Below are positions 24,796 through 36,786 of a DNA stretch of 36,786 nucleotides, piece by piece. Within the stretch, counting starts at the first letter, position 1. Each line of letters starts with the position of its first letter. Under the pieces are notes generated by a model. That model was not told the DNA's origin and did not search any database. It was given only the letters and a program-made list of their open reading frames with translations. The position numbers and the translations under genes were made by a program. Source of the DNA: Octopus bimaculoides (taxonomy: Eukaryota); contig NC_068996.1 of the NCBI RefSeq assembly GCF_001194135.2, forward strand, positions 28,714,949 to 28,751,734. The letters run 5' to 3'.

Positions 24796-25017
24796 GTTCA
24801 GATTATAAAAAATTAAAACCAGCTACTGAATGCAAAGTTATAGAATATCCTAAACCCGATAATGAAATTTCTTTTGATCTCCTAAGTTCTGTTGCTTTAA
24901 CTGGAACTAACCATGACCATGATCAACCTCCTCACCTCACTCTGCTGAATGACAATGTCCCAGTTAACCAAAATCTTCAAATCTACGATGGACCTGAACA
25001 AAGATTCTGCCCTGCAG
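24796..25017 (+). CDS. ETFDH: ETFDH exon (222 nt): (G)[44 protein letters not shown]...EQRFCPA(G)
   Basis: cacctag acceptor, gtaaag donor; IEYPKPD, GTNH.HDQP and RFCPAG (first 4Fe-4S Cys ligand) motifs. Confidence 0.97.
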
Positions 25018-26199
25018 GTAAAGCATTTCGTAAACATATTTTTCAATATGCAAGGAAACAGTAATTCCATATACAAACATAAAGCCTCAGATTTACAGGA
25101 TAATGAGATTGTGTAATGTTCATACCTTTTCAGAGATATTAGGAACACAAATGATTTGAATCAAAATCACTTTGCAACACAATTCACCAGGGTCTCACAT
25201 TGTCTACAATGAAAGTTTAGTTTATTTCTTTATATTTTATATTACAATTTGTGAGTGAATAGCATAGTTGGTTATAGGTTTCCAACTGATTCACTGAAAT
25301 TATGACTGCATAATTGATGAGTGTCTGAAGCACAATGCAAAACAAATATTGCTAGGGACTTTGTACAAAGAGCAGCGATTTTTTTTTAATTTCACTCTCA
25401 CTAATAATAACATTTCATCAAGATGTATATGTGTGCATCTTTTGTCTGGCACAGGCATGGCTGTGTAGTTAAGCAGTTCACTTTGCAACCATATGGGTTC
25501 AGTTTCATTATAACCCTGGGCCAACTTTTAAGTGGTCCAGGATTATAATAAACAGAATGAAAGAAGTCTATTGTCTGTGTGTGTGTGTTTACATTTGTGC
25601 TTCTCGAAAAATCACTGTGATACAAGAGGTGATTTTGCCATTTTCCCTATCAACAAATAATCCACTGGCTTTATACCTTCAAAGACATATGGAAAAAAAG
25701 AGGTAAAGATTAGCAACAAAAAGGGTATTCAGCTGTAAAATATCTCAATAGTATATTTACCTAACCTATGCTAGCATGAAAAAACTTATGTATATGTATA
25801 CACAAAATATATATTGTTATATTTGGGAATGGCCATATTCTTTTGCCAATTAACCATACACACTATATACTTGTTCTTCACTTCAGCTTTATTGTTATTA
25901 TTCTTATTTTAATGTCTTTGTCTGAAATTTTTCACCTGTGTCCTCTTCAGCAATTCTCCATCCTACATGTCTCCTTTTGTTCTGTTTAGTCCATTCAAGC
26001 ATTTGCATCTATATCTGTGGTGTGTGTGCCTATGTGTTTAGTATGGATTTGCTTACCACACTGTACCCATGTCTTTTATTTAGTTGTTTTTGTTTTTTAT
26101 TTTTCTTATTCCATCTTAAGTATGTGTATGTGTCGTGTATGTATATGAGTTTATGTATTATATTGTTTGTATCTTTCTGTTTTTTTCTTTTCATTCTGA

Positions 26200-27190
26200 C
26201 TTTAGTCATCATGTGTAATGGAGTGTTATTATTCCATTCATGTTTTCTATTGACACTCGGTCTATCTATTACTATGTGTGTGGCCTCTGTAATCTGTCTA
26301 AGTAGCATGTCTGTTCTGTGTTGATAATATCTTAACATCTATGTTATTAACCAAGCCTGAGCCTATACTGGCCAAAACCTAAGTTATCTATGTTGTAATC
26401 GAGCATGTTAGTAGAGCACTCCTTGAGCTCCTGCTAGTGTTCACCTTCCTACTCACCTATGCCATGTGCTGTCTCCCCAATGTATGTTGTTGTCCTGTTT
26501 CTGCATCATACCTCAGTACTGTATGCTACATTCCTAATCTTACAGTTTACCTGTGGTTCATCCTACATAGTATACAGTTATCTGTACATGGGACCCTTTC
26601 AAATGGATATGTTCTACAAATCAGAGATTTTGTGAGAGTTCCTGGCCTTTCTAGTACTTTAACCTGTAGATTCATCTTATCTGAGGTTTTTCCTAAAAAG
26701 ACATACTAGTTCGCCACCATCAACAAACATGACACACTGGTATTTGTGGTTGTCATACCATGAGTTGGCCTTATCTATCTTCTTGGTCCTTTCTATGCTA
26801 TTCCAAGATTTACTCATGTATAGCAGGCACATCCCATTTGCATCATTCTCTATGATGATCTTGTACCTAGCCATGGCTCCTTTATACCCTTTGGCTGTAG
26901 CCAGAGAACTGCATGTGGTGAATGAAGTGTTGTATGTGTATTTCTAATTCTGTTGGATTGCACATACAGGACACATTTCTCATCACTCTTTCCAAGTCCA
27001 ATATGAGGATATTGAACTTGATGTTGTCTGCAATAGCTGTATTCTTGTTGACCATGGGTTTGGCAGAGTGGGAATGAAGGATCTTATTATTCCTAGCCAG
27101 GTGTTCTGTGTTTAAGACCAATAGTCTATAGTTAGGGTGCTTTCTAGGATAATATCCATGGTGCTGGCTTCTAGTTGATAGACACTGTCT
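26200..27190 (-). mobile_element. Second Penelope-like element: RT thumb region plus GIY-YIG endonuclease, decayed
   Basis: Minus-strand readings YYPRKHPNYRLLVL, HSAKPM, RVMRNVS, HMQFSGYS (ORF 26882..27268), then NCKIRNVAY...YIGET (26470-26484)...EGEH and LLRQITEA...SVNRKHEW (ORF 26030..26338). Confidence 0.75.
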
Positions 27191-27299
27191 TGTGGGGGGG
27201 GGGTCTTTTGTTACTATGTTGACAGTGGCAAGTAGAATTTCTTCAACAACTTTGTATCTATCACCCAAGAATTTAATATATATTGTTGGAATCTTTCAG

Positions 27300-27463
27300 G
27301 TGTCTATGAATATGTTCCTACAGAAGATGGTGACAGTATGCGACTGCAGATCAATGCACAGAATTGTATCCACTGCAAAACCTGTGATATAAAGGATCCA
27401 AGTCAGAATATAAACTGGGTGTGTCCTCAAGGGGGAGAAGGCCCTGCTTACAATGGAATGTAA
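27300..27463 (+). CDS. ETFDH: ETFDH last coding exon (164 nt incl. TAA): (G)[53 protein letters not shown]
   Basis: ctttcag acceptor; CxxCxxC 4Fe-4S motif (NCIHCKTC); C-terminal PAYNGM; stop at 27461-27463. The nine exons total 1361 nt and stay in frame. Confidence 0.97.
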
Positions 27464-27531
27464 CAGTAAATTCACTTCTTGAGCTGTAGACATTTCTTAA
27501 TTTTGTGCTTATAATTAACATATTTAATTTT

Positions 27532-27761
27532 AATAAATCACTTTTTGTTAAAATAGTTGTTGAAACTTTGTTGAAATGTCAAAATTGATACAGATAAATT
27601 TGTTATACATTTACAGAAAAACTTTTCTAATTTGTAAATGAAGTCTTCTGCCAAAAGTATTTAGTTTTCAACAGTTTTTATATGATTGAGTGTGCCTTGA
27701 ATAGTCCTTTAACATAAAGGGAATAACTCAAAGTGCTTTTTTGAATTTCACTCAAAATAAA
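27532..27761 (+). terminator. Candidate ETFDH polyadenylation signals (AATAAA at 27532 and 27756)
   Basis: Canonical hexamers about 70 and 290 nt after the stop, followed by T/GT-rich sequence. More AATAAA occur further downstream, so the site actually used is unknown. Confidence 0.45.
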
Positions 27762-29637
27762 GTAAAAGTCATAAGTTTACTTTATTAAGCAAGGCCCTTT
27801 TACTCGTGTATAAGCCCTCTTTTAGCTATTAAGGTGCTTTCTTTAGACAATGCACTATGTCTAGCAAAATTCTTTGAGGTTTTTTGGTTTTTTTAATTTG
27901 TATTAGATTTTCCTTAAGTTTCATAATTGTTTGTGCTAAAAGGACAACTCTAATGCCATCTTTATGTAGTATAGCAAAATCAGGTTGAGGGTATTTATTC
28001 CTCTCCAAGCTATGCTCATAGGAAAGAGTTAAGTGTCTAGACTAACAAATGTGAATATACTTCTAAGTAGATTATAATTGAAAACGAACACTAAATATTA
28101 TTGGGTTAGTATTATAAGTGCTGCCACCGATGCATTTTAGTGGTCAACTGTACCCACTCTTTACAATCATTTTGAGCATTAAGTACATGTCTGTAGCACA
28201 GTTTGATGTTGATGAATGTAATTAAGGCATAGGATTTCTCCAGTTAGTGGAAGAATCATCAATCTTTCTGGCTACATTTCTCTATTCAAATTAAACTATT
28301 TATTAATAACAGCATGTATTCATACCCCCTTTGAAATCATTTGATTTTAGCAGGTGGAATTGTCCAAAAGGAAAATTAAAATGTCATAGTTATTTTATTT
28401 CTTCACCTTCATCAAAGCACTGATTAGATGTTTCTTCCAATGCAATAAACAAGCTGACTGCATTAACAGTAGGCTTGAGGAACTTGTGCTGCACAAAAAC
28501 TCTTATATTTTCGTTGTATATTTTAAATTAGACTACTGTTTCATAACACACTCATCAAAGTCATACAGTGTTATATAATAGTCACTGGGGTTTTATTTAT
28601 AAAATCACTTCTTTTATATTATATATTTACAATAAACAAAACTAATACAGTGTAAGTAAGGAAAAAAAGTTCCAGACAATTTACACTACTGGCAATATTT
28701 TGACTTCATTAAGAGAAAGCAACCAAGTCATTTGAATGCAACTTTAGTACATTAGACGTAAGTTATTTTATGTGTGGAGGAATGGAAAACAAAGTGTTCC
28801 ATCTCAGCATGATTTGAACTCAGAACATGAGGGAGAAAACTTGAATATTGTAATGCATTTATCCAGGCAACTATCATTTCCACCAACATACTTCTCTCCC
28901 ACTACTATTGCATAACCATTGCAGTTGTATTATGCTGTTGCATTTTATTATGTTAATTGCTACAACTGTTATACAGTTACCTCAATATATACATATACCT
29001 CCTGTATAAATTACAGAAAAGATTCTATTTTTTTATAATGTTAATCTAAAAATAAATAAATGAAACAAAATGGAAAAATTAAACATGTAAAACTTTCACA
29101 AAATATAAAAATAAATCAATTAAATCTTATACTTTGTCTGAATTTTTTCTTTTCCTATCCTTCAAATTTACATCATTGTTACAGAAAGTATTTATTTGGA
29201 ATTAATCAATGTAAAACAGTTTATGGTTTCTCTGCTTTACAAATTCAAAGTTGTTCCATATACCAGCTTAATATTGACAGGTATTTAATTAAATTTTTCA
29301 TTATTCTAAAAGGTAGTGTATTTCAACAGAAATATAGTATCAAAAGGGTTAAAGTGGATACATGTGCATTTAGCAATACAAAGTGACTAACAACTCTGAA
29401 ACAAATGTCTCAATATTCTTCTACCTGTTAATAAGTCTCTATAGTTGTGTCCATTCCAGCTTTTTACATGTGCCACTCATGAAATATTAGTCTCCACATC
29501 ATGGAGAACAGTTGCTTATAAAAAAAGCAGAATTTTTCTTTGGAAAATGTCTAAATTGTTATAAATATAATAATTGGTATAAATGTAACAAATCCCTCAT
29601 TTAGAGAAATCTCTGAATGCGAATTCACATCCACATA

Positions 29638-30848
29638 TACAAGGTAGTATCAGAAAGTTCCCAGACTAGTTCTGTAGCATACCAACGAATTGCATATGGT
29701 GTGAGGGCTAGCAGTGACCTTCACAAAGCAGTGTGCCAAGTGACATCAATGTTTACTTTGCAAGTTGAGAAATTTGTTTTTGTGATCTTGTGTTTGCTGT
29801 AGTCTGCAATTTTGTCATGGACAGGAAGTTGGAACAGAGAGCCAACATAAAATTTTGTGTTAAACTTGGGAAATCTGCTAGAGACATTGAACCTGCTACA
29901 GCAAGCTTATGGCAACAAAGCATTGGGTTGTACACAATATTTTGAGTGGCACAGGCACTTCAACAGCAGAAGAATGTCCCTGGAAGACCTGCCATGAGTG
30001 TCATCCCTGGAAACGAGAAGAAAATTCATCAGTTTGTGCATATTTAATTTTAATAAATCAGAGGACAATCAATGACATTGCTGTCGTATGGGGTCCATGC
30101 AGGCAATCCTAATATCTGAATTGAATATGCAGTATATCTCTGCCAAGTTTGTTCCCCACCTGCTGACCAAAGCAGAAAGAACATCGCGTCAAAGTCTGTC
30201 AAGATTTCAGTCAGCATGCCACTGACGATCCATTCTTCATATCGAGGATCATCACCTGTGATGAGAACTGGGTCTATAGGTATGACTGAGATGAAATAGC
30301 AGTCCTCACAATGGAAGAACCCTTCATCGCCACAACCACAGAAAGCCGCAGCTCAATCAAGAGCATACTTATTATTTTCCCCATCCACAATTATTATGCA
30401 TCGGGAATTTGTCCTCCAGGGCCAAACCATTAATCAAAAGTTCTACTGCAACATTTTGAAGCATTTGAGGAAGGACATTTGGTGAAAGCAACTGGATCTG
30501 TGGAGCGCAAAGAACTGGACTTTTCACAACAAAGCACCCTGTCACCAATAACATGATATCGCTTTCACACCCACCCTATTCATTTTTTATTGCCCACAAG
30601 GGGCTAAACATAGAGGGGACAAACAAGGACAGACAAAGAGATTAAGTCAATTACATCGACCCCAGTGCGTAACTGGTACTTAATTTATCGACCCCAAAAG
30701 GATGAAAGGCTAAGTCGACCTCGGTGGAATTTGAACTCAGAACATAACGTCAGACGAAATACCGCTAAGCATTTCGCCCGGCGTGCTAACGTTTCTGCCA
30801 GCTCTCACACCCACCCTATTCACCTGAGGACTTCCATCTCTTCCCCAA
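29638..30848 (+). mobile_element. Mariner (Tc1/mariner) transposon remnant, interrupted by a SINE and ending in a gap
   Basis: TA|caaggtagtatcagaaagttcccagact left-TIR-like end; MDRKLEQRANIKFCVKLGKSA from ATG 29817; IITCDENWVY (first catalytic D); SHPPYSP motif; many frameshifts. Confidence 0.85.
30583..30804 (-). mobile_element. tRNA-type SINE with perfect 18-bp TSD
   Basis: TCACACCCACCCTATTCA at 30565-30582 and 30805-30822. Minus-strand A-box-like tggcagaaacgttag and B-box-like gagttcaaattcc. Confidence 0.92.
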
Positions 30849-31062
30849 NNNNNNNNNNNNNNNNNNNNNNNNNNNNNNNNNNNNNNNNNNNNNNNNNNNN
30901 NNNNNNNNNNNNNNNNNNNNNNNNNNNNNNNNNNNNNNNNNNNNNNNNNNNNNNNNNNNNNNNNNNNNNNNNNNNNNNNNNNNNNNNNNNNNNNNNNNNN
31001 NNNNNNNNNNNNNNNNNNNNNNNNNNNNNNNNNNNNNNNNNNNNNNNNNNNNNNNNNNNNNN

Positions 31063-31420
31063 CTGTGTGGTAAGTAGCTTGTTTACCAACCACATGGTTC
31101 CGGGTTCAGTCCTACTGCGTGGCACCTTGGGCAAGTGTCTTCTACTATAGCCTCGGGTCGACCAAAGCTATGTGAGTGGATTTGGTAGACGGAAACTGAA
31201 AGAAGCCCGTCGTATATGTGTGTTTGTGTTTGTCCCCCCAACATCGCTTGACAACCTATGCTGGTGTGTTTATGTCCCCGTAACTTAGCGGTTCGGCAAA
31301 AGCAACCAATAGAATAAGTACTAGGCCTACAAGGAATAAATCCTGGGGTCGATTTGCTCAACTAAAAGCGGTGCTCCAGCATGGCCGCAGTAAGATGACT
31401 GAAACAAGTAAAAGAGTAAA
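31063..31420 (+). mobile_element. tRNA-type SINE with CORE-like segment; 5' end lost in the gap
   Basis: B-box-like gggttcagtcct, ccttgggcaagtgtct (CORE-like), internal (GT)n, 3' end gactgaaacaagtaaaagag; degenerate sister copy at 15572-15862. Confidence 0.85.
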
Positions 31421-32649
31421 CAATTATTATTAAGTCTAGACCAGTCTCAGTAAGTGCAACTTGAGACTGAAATCTACATGGCTTTAGGATTTTAAAAAGC
31501 TGATATCCTTTGAAACCCAAGATCATATAGTTCATTATTATATATAAAGACATGCTTTTGGCACCAATTCTGAGGCCCTGCCAAAGTTCAATACCAGCTA
31601 TAAGTCATGTATGTCTTTGCTCCAGGTCTTAAGCTTTTTGTCCTCTCTAAATCCAACCTATTGTCCACCTATTATATATATGACAGCTAAGTAGTTAAAC
31701 AATAATTGTTGTTAAAATAGGTAAATACCAGAAATCTAGTGGTTAACTGATTAAAATCAACTCCAGTAATTGATTTGTACTTTATTGAGCCCAGATGATT
31801 GTCAACCTTGGTAGGATTTGAACTTGGAACAAATGTTGATAGGAATTTTATCTGATGGTAATCCACTACCCTTAGTTGAAAATAAATAATTTGACCTTTT
31901 GATGTACATCCATCTGTATCACACATGCAACATTAAAGCAAAGTGGTTTGCCGTTTGCTGAATAATTCATGACAGACCCTCTACTTCCAACCCAAGAAAG
32001 CAAAGATCATTTTCCTGATTGGAAGCTATTTTTGCATGGTTGGGAAGTAAACTTTTTAACACAGCTATGCACTATCTAAAAATAGTGTTAACTGGCAGTA
32101 AGCAGTTAAAACAAAAATCTTTAATCAAGTCAATCTTTATAAGCAACACCTTCAGCTAGTTGCTTTTGTAATGCAAGTGAATCAATTGAAACGATGTCTC
32201 TTATTTGAAATTGTCAATTTCCTACATGTAGAAATAGTTTCAAACTATTTCTGAAGGGGTTTCCTTAATCTCTTGCTTCTGCATATTGACAACTCACCAC
32301 CACCACACACAACCTCATAGCCTTCATGAAAATATATTTTAGTAAATATACAAAAATGAAAACATGCTAATCTATTCAACAGTACAAAGGCTTAATGAAC
32401 TACACACAATTACTTTGAACATCACAAACTTCTTGTCATGTCTAACTAAAACCCTCAAAGTTTCCACTAATTCAAAGTCTTACAACTACTTACCCTCACA
32501 CAAGTAACATTTGCCTAATCTTCATCACAAAAACAATGTTCTTCAGGAAAATACTTTATTTCTTATATTACTGCCCACTCTTCAAAGTACAACTAAGATC
32601 CACTAACCGAGTACTGCTTATATATAATATATATATAGTGTTGCAAGAC

Positions 32650-34652
32650 AGTGTATGAGAGAGAAATGTGTTCGCATGGATTATGGTACACTTGCACTAA
32701 ACGAGGCTGCAAAGAGAAAGGTTTCGAGACGCCACTATGAAAGGTTACACAATAAAGAGAATGAATGGGAGAAAGAGAGTCTGCCGAATGTCGACCCAAC
32801 AGAGGGACCAGCTATCCGAGTTGACAGTACCATGATAGATAAAGCAATTAATAGCATGAAGACAGGGAAAGCCCCTGGCCCATCAGGAATCACTGCAGCG
32901 ATGCTCAAAATATCTGACAGTGTCGGCTATAGCCTAGTCACCCGTATAGTTAACCAGGTGATACACGAAGGAGTCATACCCAATGACTGGTGTAGCGGCA
33001 CCATAGTCAACTGCTACAAAGGTAAAGGTGACGCTTTAGGCCCACTCCTATTTATCATAGTCCTCCAGGCAATACCAGAGGAATTCAAGACAGGATGACC
33101 CTGGAAGCTCCTCTATGCTGATGACCTTGCACTAAATGCCGAGTCACTATCAGAACTAAAGGAGAAGTTTCAGATGTGGACTAGAATCGAAGGGCTTTAG
33201 AGTCAACCTCGCTAAAACCAAAGCCCTAATAAGTAGGAAGGTAGACAAAACACAAACCCCTTCAGGTAGATGGCCCTGCTTGATCTGTAGAAAAGGCGTA
33301 GGTAGAAACTCTATTAGATGCACCCAGTGCAAGCTATGGACACATAAGAGGTGCAGCAATATCAAAAGAAGGTTAACTAGGAAGTTAGTTTTTGTATGTA
33401 GCAGATGTTCAGGAGCTATAAACACTGAAAATGTGCAGAAAACAACTTCTGCCACATACCAGGGAGAAAAACTAGAGGTAGTTGATAGCTTCCGTTACCA
33501 AGACAGTAGTGGAGGAGGGTGCACTGAAAGTGTAGCTGCTAGAATAAGAATAGCCTGGGCAAAGTTCAGAGAGCTCTTACCTCTGCTGGTGACAAAGGGC
33601 CTCTCACTCAGAGTAAAAGGCAGACTGTATGACGCATGTGTACAAACAGCCATGCTACATGGCAGTGAAACATGGGCCGTGACTGCTGAGGATATGCATA
33701 AGCTCACAAGGAATGAAGCCAGTATGCACCAATGGATGTGTAATGTCAGTGTGCATACTCGACAGAGTATAAGTACCTTGAGAGAAAAGTTGAACATAAG
33801 AAGCATCAGTTGTGGTGTGCAAGAGAGACGATTGCACTGATATGGTCATGTGGTGAGAATAGCTGTGTGAAAAAGTACCACACCCTAGCGGTTGAGGGAA
33901 TCTGTGGAAGACCTGGGCTGAGGTGGTGAAGCACGACCTTCGGACATTAGGCCTCACTGAGGCAATGACTTCTGACCGAGACCTTTGGAAATATGCTGTG
34001 AGTGAGAAGACCCGGCAAGCCAAGTGAGACCATAATCCGAGGCCTCTGCCAGCCCACTTATGCGTACCTTTCCTTCATTGGACACTAAACTCCGCTTGCA
34101 AAGACCTGTTGAGGCAAGTGAAATCGAAATCAAACCAAATTCAACAACTGGTACCCATGCCAACGTTTTCTTCCTTGGACACTAAACTCGGCTTGCAAAG
34201 ACCTGTTGGGACAAGTGAAAGTGAAATCGTGATGGCACCTGTACTAGTGGAGCACCGTCTGAGCATGATCGTTGCCAAAGCAGCTGTCTGGCTTCCGTGC
34301 CAGTGGCACGTAAATAGCACCATTTGAGCATGATCATTACCAACGTCGCCTTCCTAGCACGTGAAAAGACATTCAAGCGTGGTCGTTGCCAGTGCCGCTG
34401 GACTGGCTCCTGTGCAGGTGGCATGTAAAATACACCATCTTGAGCATGGCCATTGCCAGTACCACCCAACTGGCTTTCATGCTGGTGGCACTTAAAAGCA
34501 CCCACTACACTTGGCGTTAGGAAGGGCATCCAGCTGTAGAAACTCTGCCAAATCAGATTGGAGCCTGGTGTAGCCATCTGGTTTCACCAGTCCTCAGTCA
34601 AATCGTCCAAACCATGCTAGCATGGAAAGCGGACGTTAAGCGATGATGATGA
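32650..34652 (+). mobile_element. 5'-truncated RTE LINE with internal RT deletion, PHD-like finger, long 3'UTR and (GAT)n tail
   Basis: ORFs 32655..33098 (MKTGKAPGPSGI, IPNDW, YKGKGDA) and 33280..33840; LLYADDL at ~33110; 3'UTR from ~33985; tail gatgatgatga at 34642-34652. Confidence 0.92.
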
Positions 34653-35900
34653 AATCATCACAGCCTTTCACACTGATATAAGTTGGATAGTTCAACAGGA
34701 TCTGACAAGCCAAAGAATTACACTGAGCTCCAGGGTCTACTTTGGTATGGTTTCTACAGTTGAATGCTTTTCCTGTCAACTACTTCACAGAATGTACCAG
34801 AAGCTTCCCCCTCCCCAAGGTACTAGCACTGACACCTCAACTAGGTTGGGTGCAGTATTGAAGGAAGTGGCTTTATGCTCGGTGTTAAGAAGTTAATGTA
34901 TGACAGAGGGACAAAATCAAGTGTCTTGGTGTAGAGGTAATACAGGACCATCCAACTGCTTCAGTAAGTGTTGTCCAAGCCATGTATGAAGAAGCAGACA
35001 AAAATGATTTTTGTATATGCATGTATAAATTCACACACTAAGAGTCCATACACAAAAAAATATCCACTGGTTCAGATTCAGGTTTTTTATTACCAGTGTC
35101 CTGTGCCTCATGTAAATAAAAAGCAAAAATCAGTCAATGCTAAGCTGCATGCTAAACCTTGTGCTATCCCCAATAACTTTCCAACAACCTTCTGGATATC
35201 AATCTCAAAGCCAAAAGAACTAAATGGGTCCTTGATATATTTACTCACTAATACTTATTTCCATATTCTTTTAGAAACAACATATTTTAGCATGATTCCC
35301 AATTTGTAGCAAGGAGTTAATATCTTCCCAAAACAGTTAATGAAAATAAAAAGATTAAAAAAAAACTCAGACACAATAAGAAAACCAAATGAAACACCTT
35401 TATTTCACTTGCATACCAATGACAAATTTTAAATTTATGGATCCAAGGAATTTTCCAAAAATAGTATAATAAAATTACTTGTATTCACCAATGTTAAATT
35501 ACTAAAGTAATAATCAGACATATTAAAGCTCTAACAGACTAAAATAACTAAATCTTCAGCTATTACTTATCAAAACATTTTTATTAAAAAGGCAGGGTCT
35601 AGTAAAGATCTGGATGTCTAGATCTAATATGATTGCTTCAGCAAGAAATAAAGAATAGCAAAGAGATGGAGTGAAAGAAAATAAGAAAGTTTTTTGTTGC
35701 ATTTATTTTAAGTCCATCTCTCAAGAATTGAGTATTGTTTTGAAATTCAGTAAAAAGTTGCCAGTAGAAGCTATTGCAATATCAAGGAATGTAATTCTCC
35801 TACAATATATATTAGTGCAGTAGTATGAATCCTGCCAGCATCACAAAACCAATTTCTAAATATATATTGCTATGTTATTTTTAAAAAAAATGTGTACAGA

Positions 35901-35942
<42 letters not shown>

Positions 35943-36786
35943 GAGGGAGTGGTGATCAGGAGATACCACTTGGTATAGATTATAAAAAATGAAATGTAGA
36001 TGAATAGCAATATATAGCCCTGCCTTGCTGCCATTTAAAAGAGAATATTGCTATTACAGGAGGAAAAACAGAAAATAGTGGGGGGGAGAGCATAAACTTC
36101 AATAAATTGATGAGCTTTTTATGCCAGTGAGCAATTTTCTAAGAAACTAACAGTACAATACAATTACTCCATTATATAAGCATTTACCAGTTAATAATTG
36201 CTGACCAAAACCTAAGAATTTAACATGGTGAAAACTTTGTATCATCACTTACAATATGAGGAACTGGTATATCATTGCAATATACATAATTTTTTAATTT
36301 TTATTTTTTACAAAAATTGAACAAAAACTAGGGAATGGCAAAATATAAAAGCACATAATGTGCATATCATTCACACCAAAATACAAAACTGGTCAACTGA
36401 ACGAAGCGACCTCAACTCTGGCCAAAAAGGTGTGAAAAAATAGGAACTCTAAAACTGAGAATCTTGTAATCATTTTAATATATATATATATATTTTAAAT
36501 AAATTTCTTCAGATAAATCTTTCAAACCAGCAAAAAATAATTTTAAATGCCAGGCCTTAGATGGTGGTGCTGCTGTTGATATTTTTAAATTTTATTTTGC
36601 TGGGAATCAAAATAGTTGATGGATTGATTAGAAAAAATAACATTGCAAAATATTAAATATATAGTTGTATATGAAAAGTGTGGTGAAATAGTAAAATATT
36701 TCAAAAATAATAAACAGATACCAAAAAAAAAAACAAAAAAAAAAACACCTATGGATCTTTTCAAACACACCATATTACATTTGTGC

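Overview
AT-rich eukaryotic genomic DNA with three N gaps (9108-9487, 21361-21510, 30849-31062). The SINE/LINE and microsatellite landscape suggests an octopus or other coleoid cephalopod (inference). The one supportable host gene is ETFDH (electron transfer flavoprotein-ubiquinone oxidoreductase) on the + strand. Nine GT-AG exons between 4841 and 27463 splice into one open frame of 1361 nt ending ...GPAYNGM*; the 5' exons were not found and probably lie upstream of the window. The rest is mostly decayed transposable elements: RTE-type LINE fragments (one with a PHD-like zinc finger), two different Penelope-like elements, a mariner remnant with a SINE inserted in an 18-bp TSD, a TTAA piggyBac-type MITE, tRNA-type SINEs and a ~2 kb non-coding LTR-like element. 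The most notable observations are a Penelope-like RT running into a degenerate telomeric (TTAGGG) tract, the LTR-like element, and an inverted pair of LINE 3'UTR copies in one ETFDH intron that could form dsRNA. I see no convincing wholly new host system. All alignments were done by eye, and family names come from remembered motifs, not database searches.
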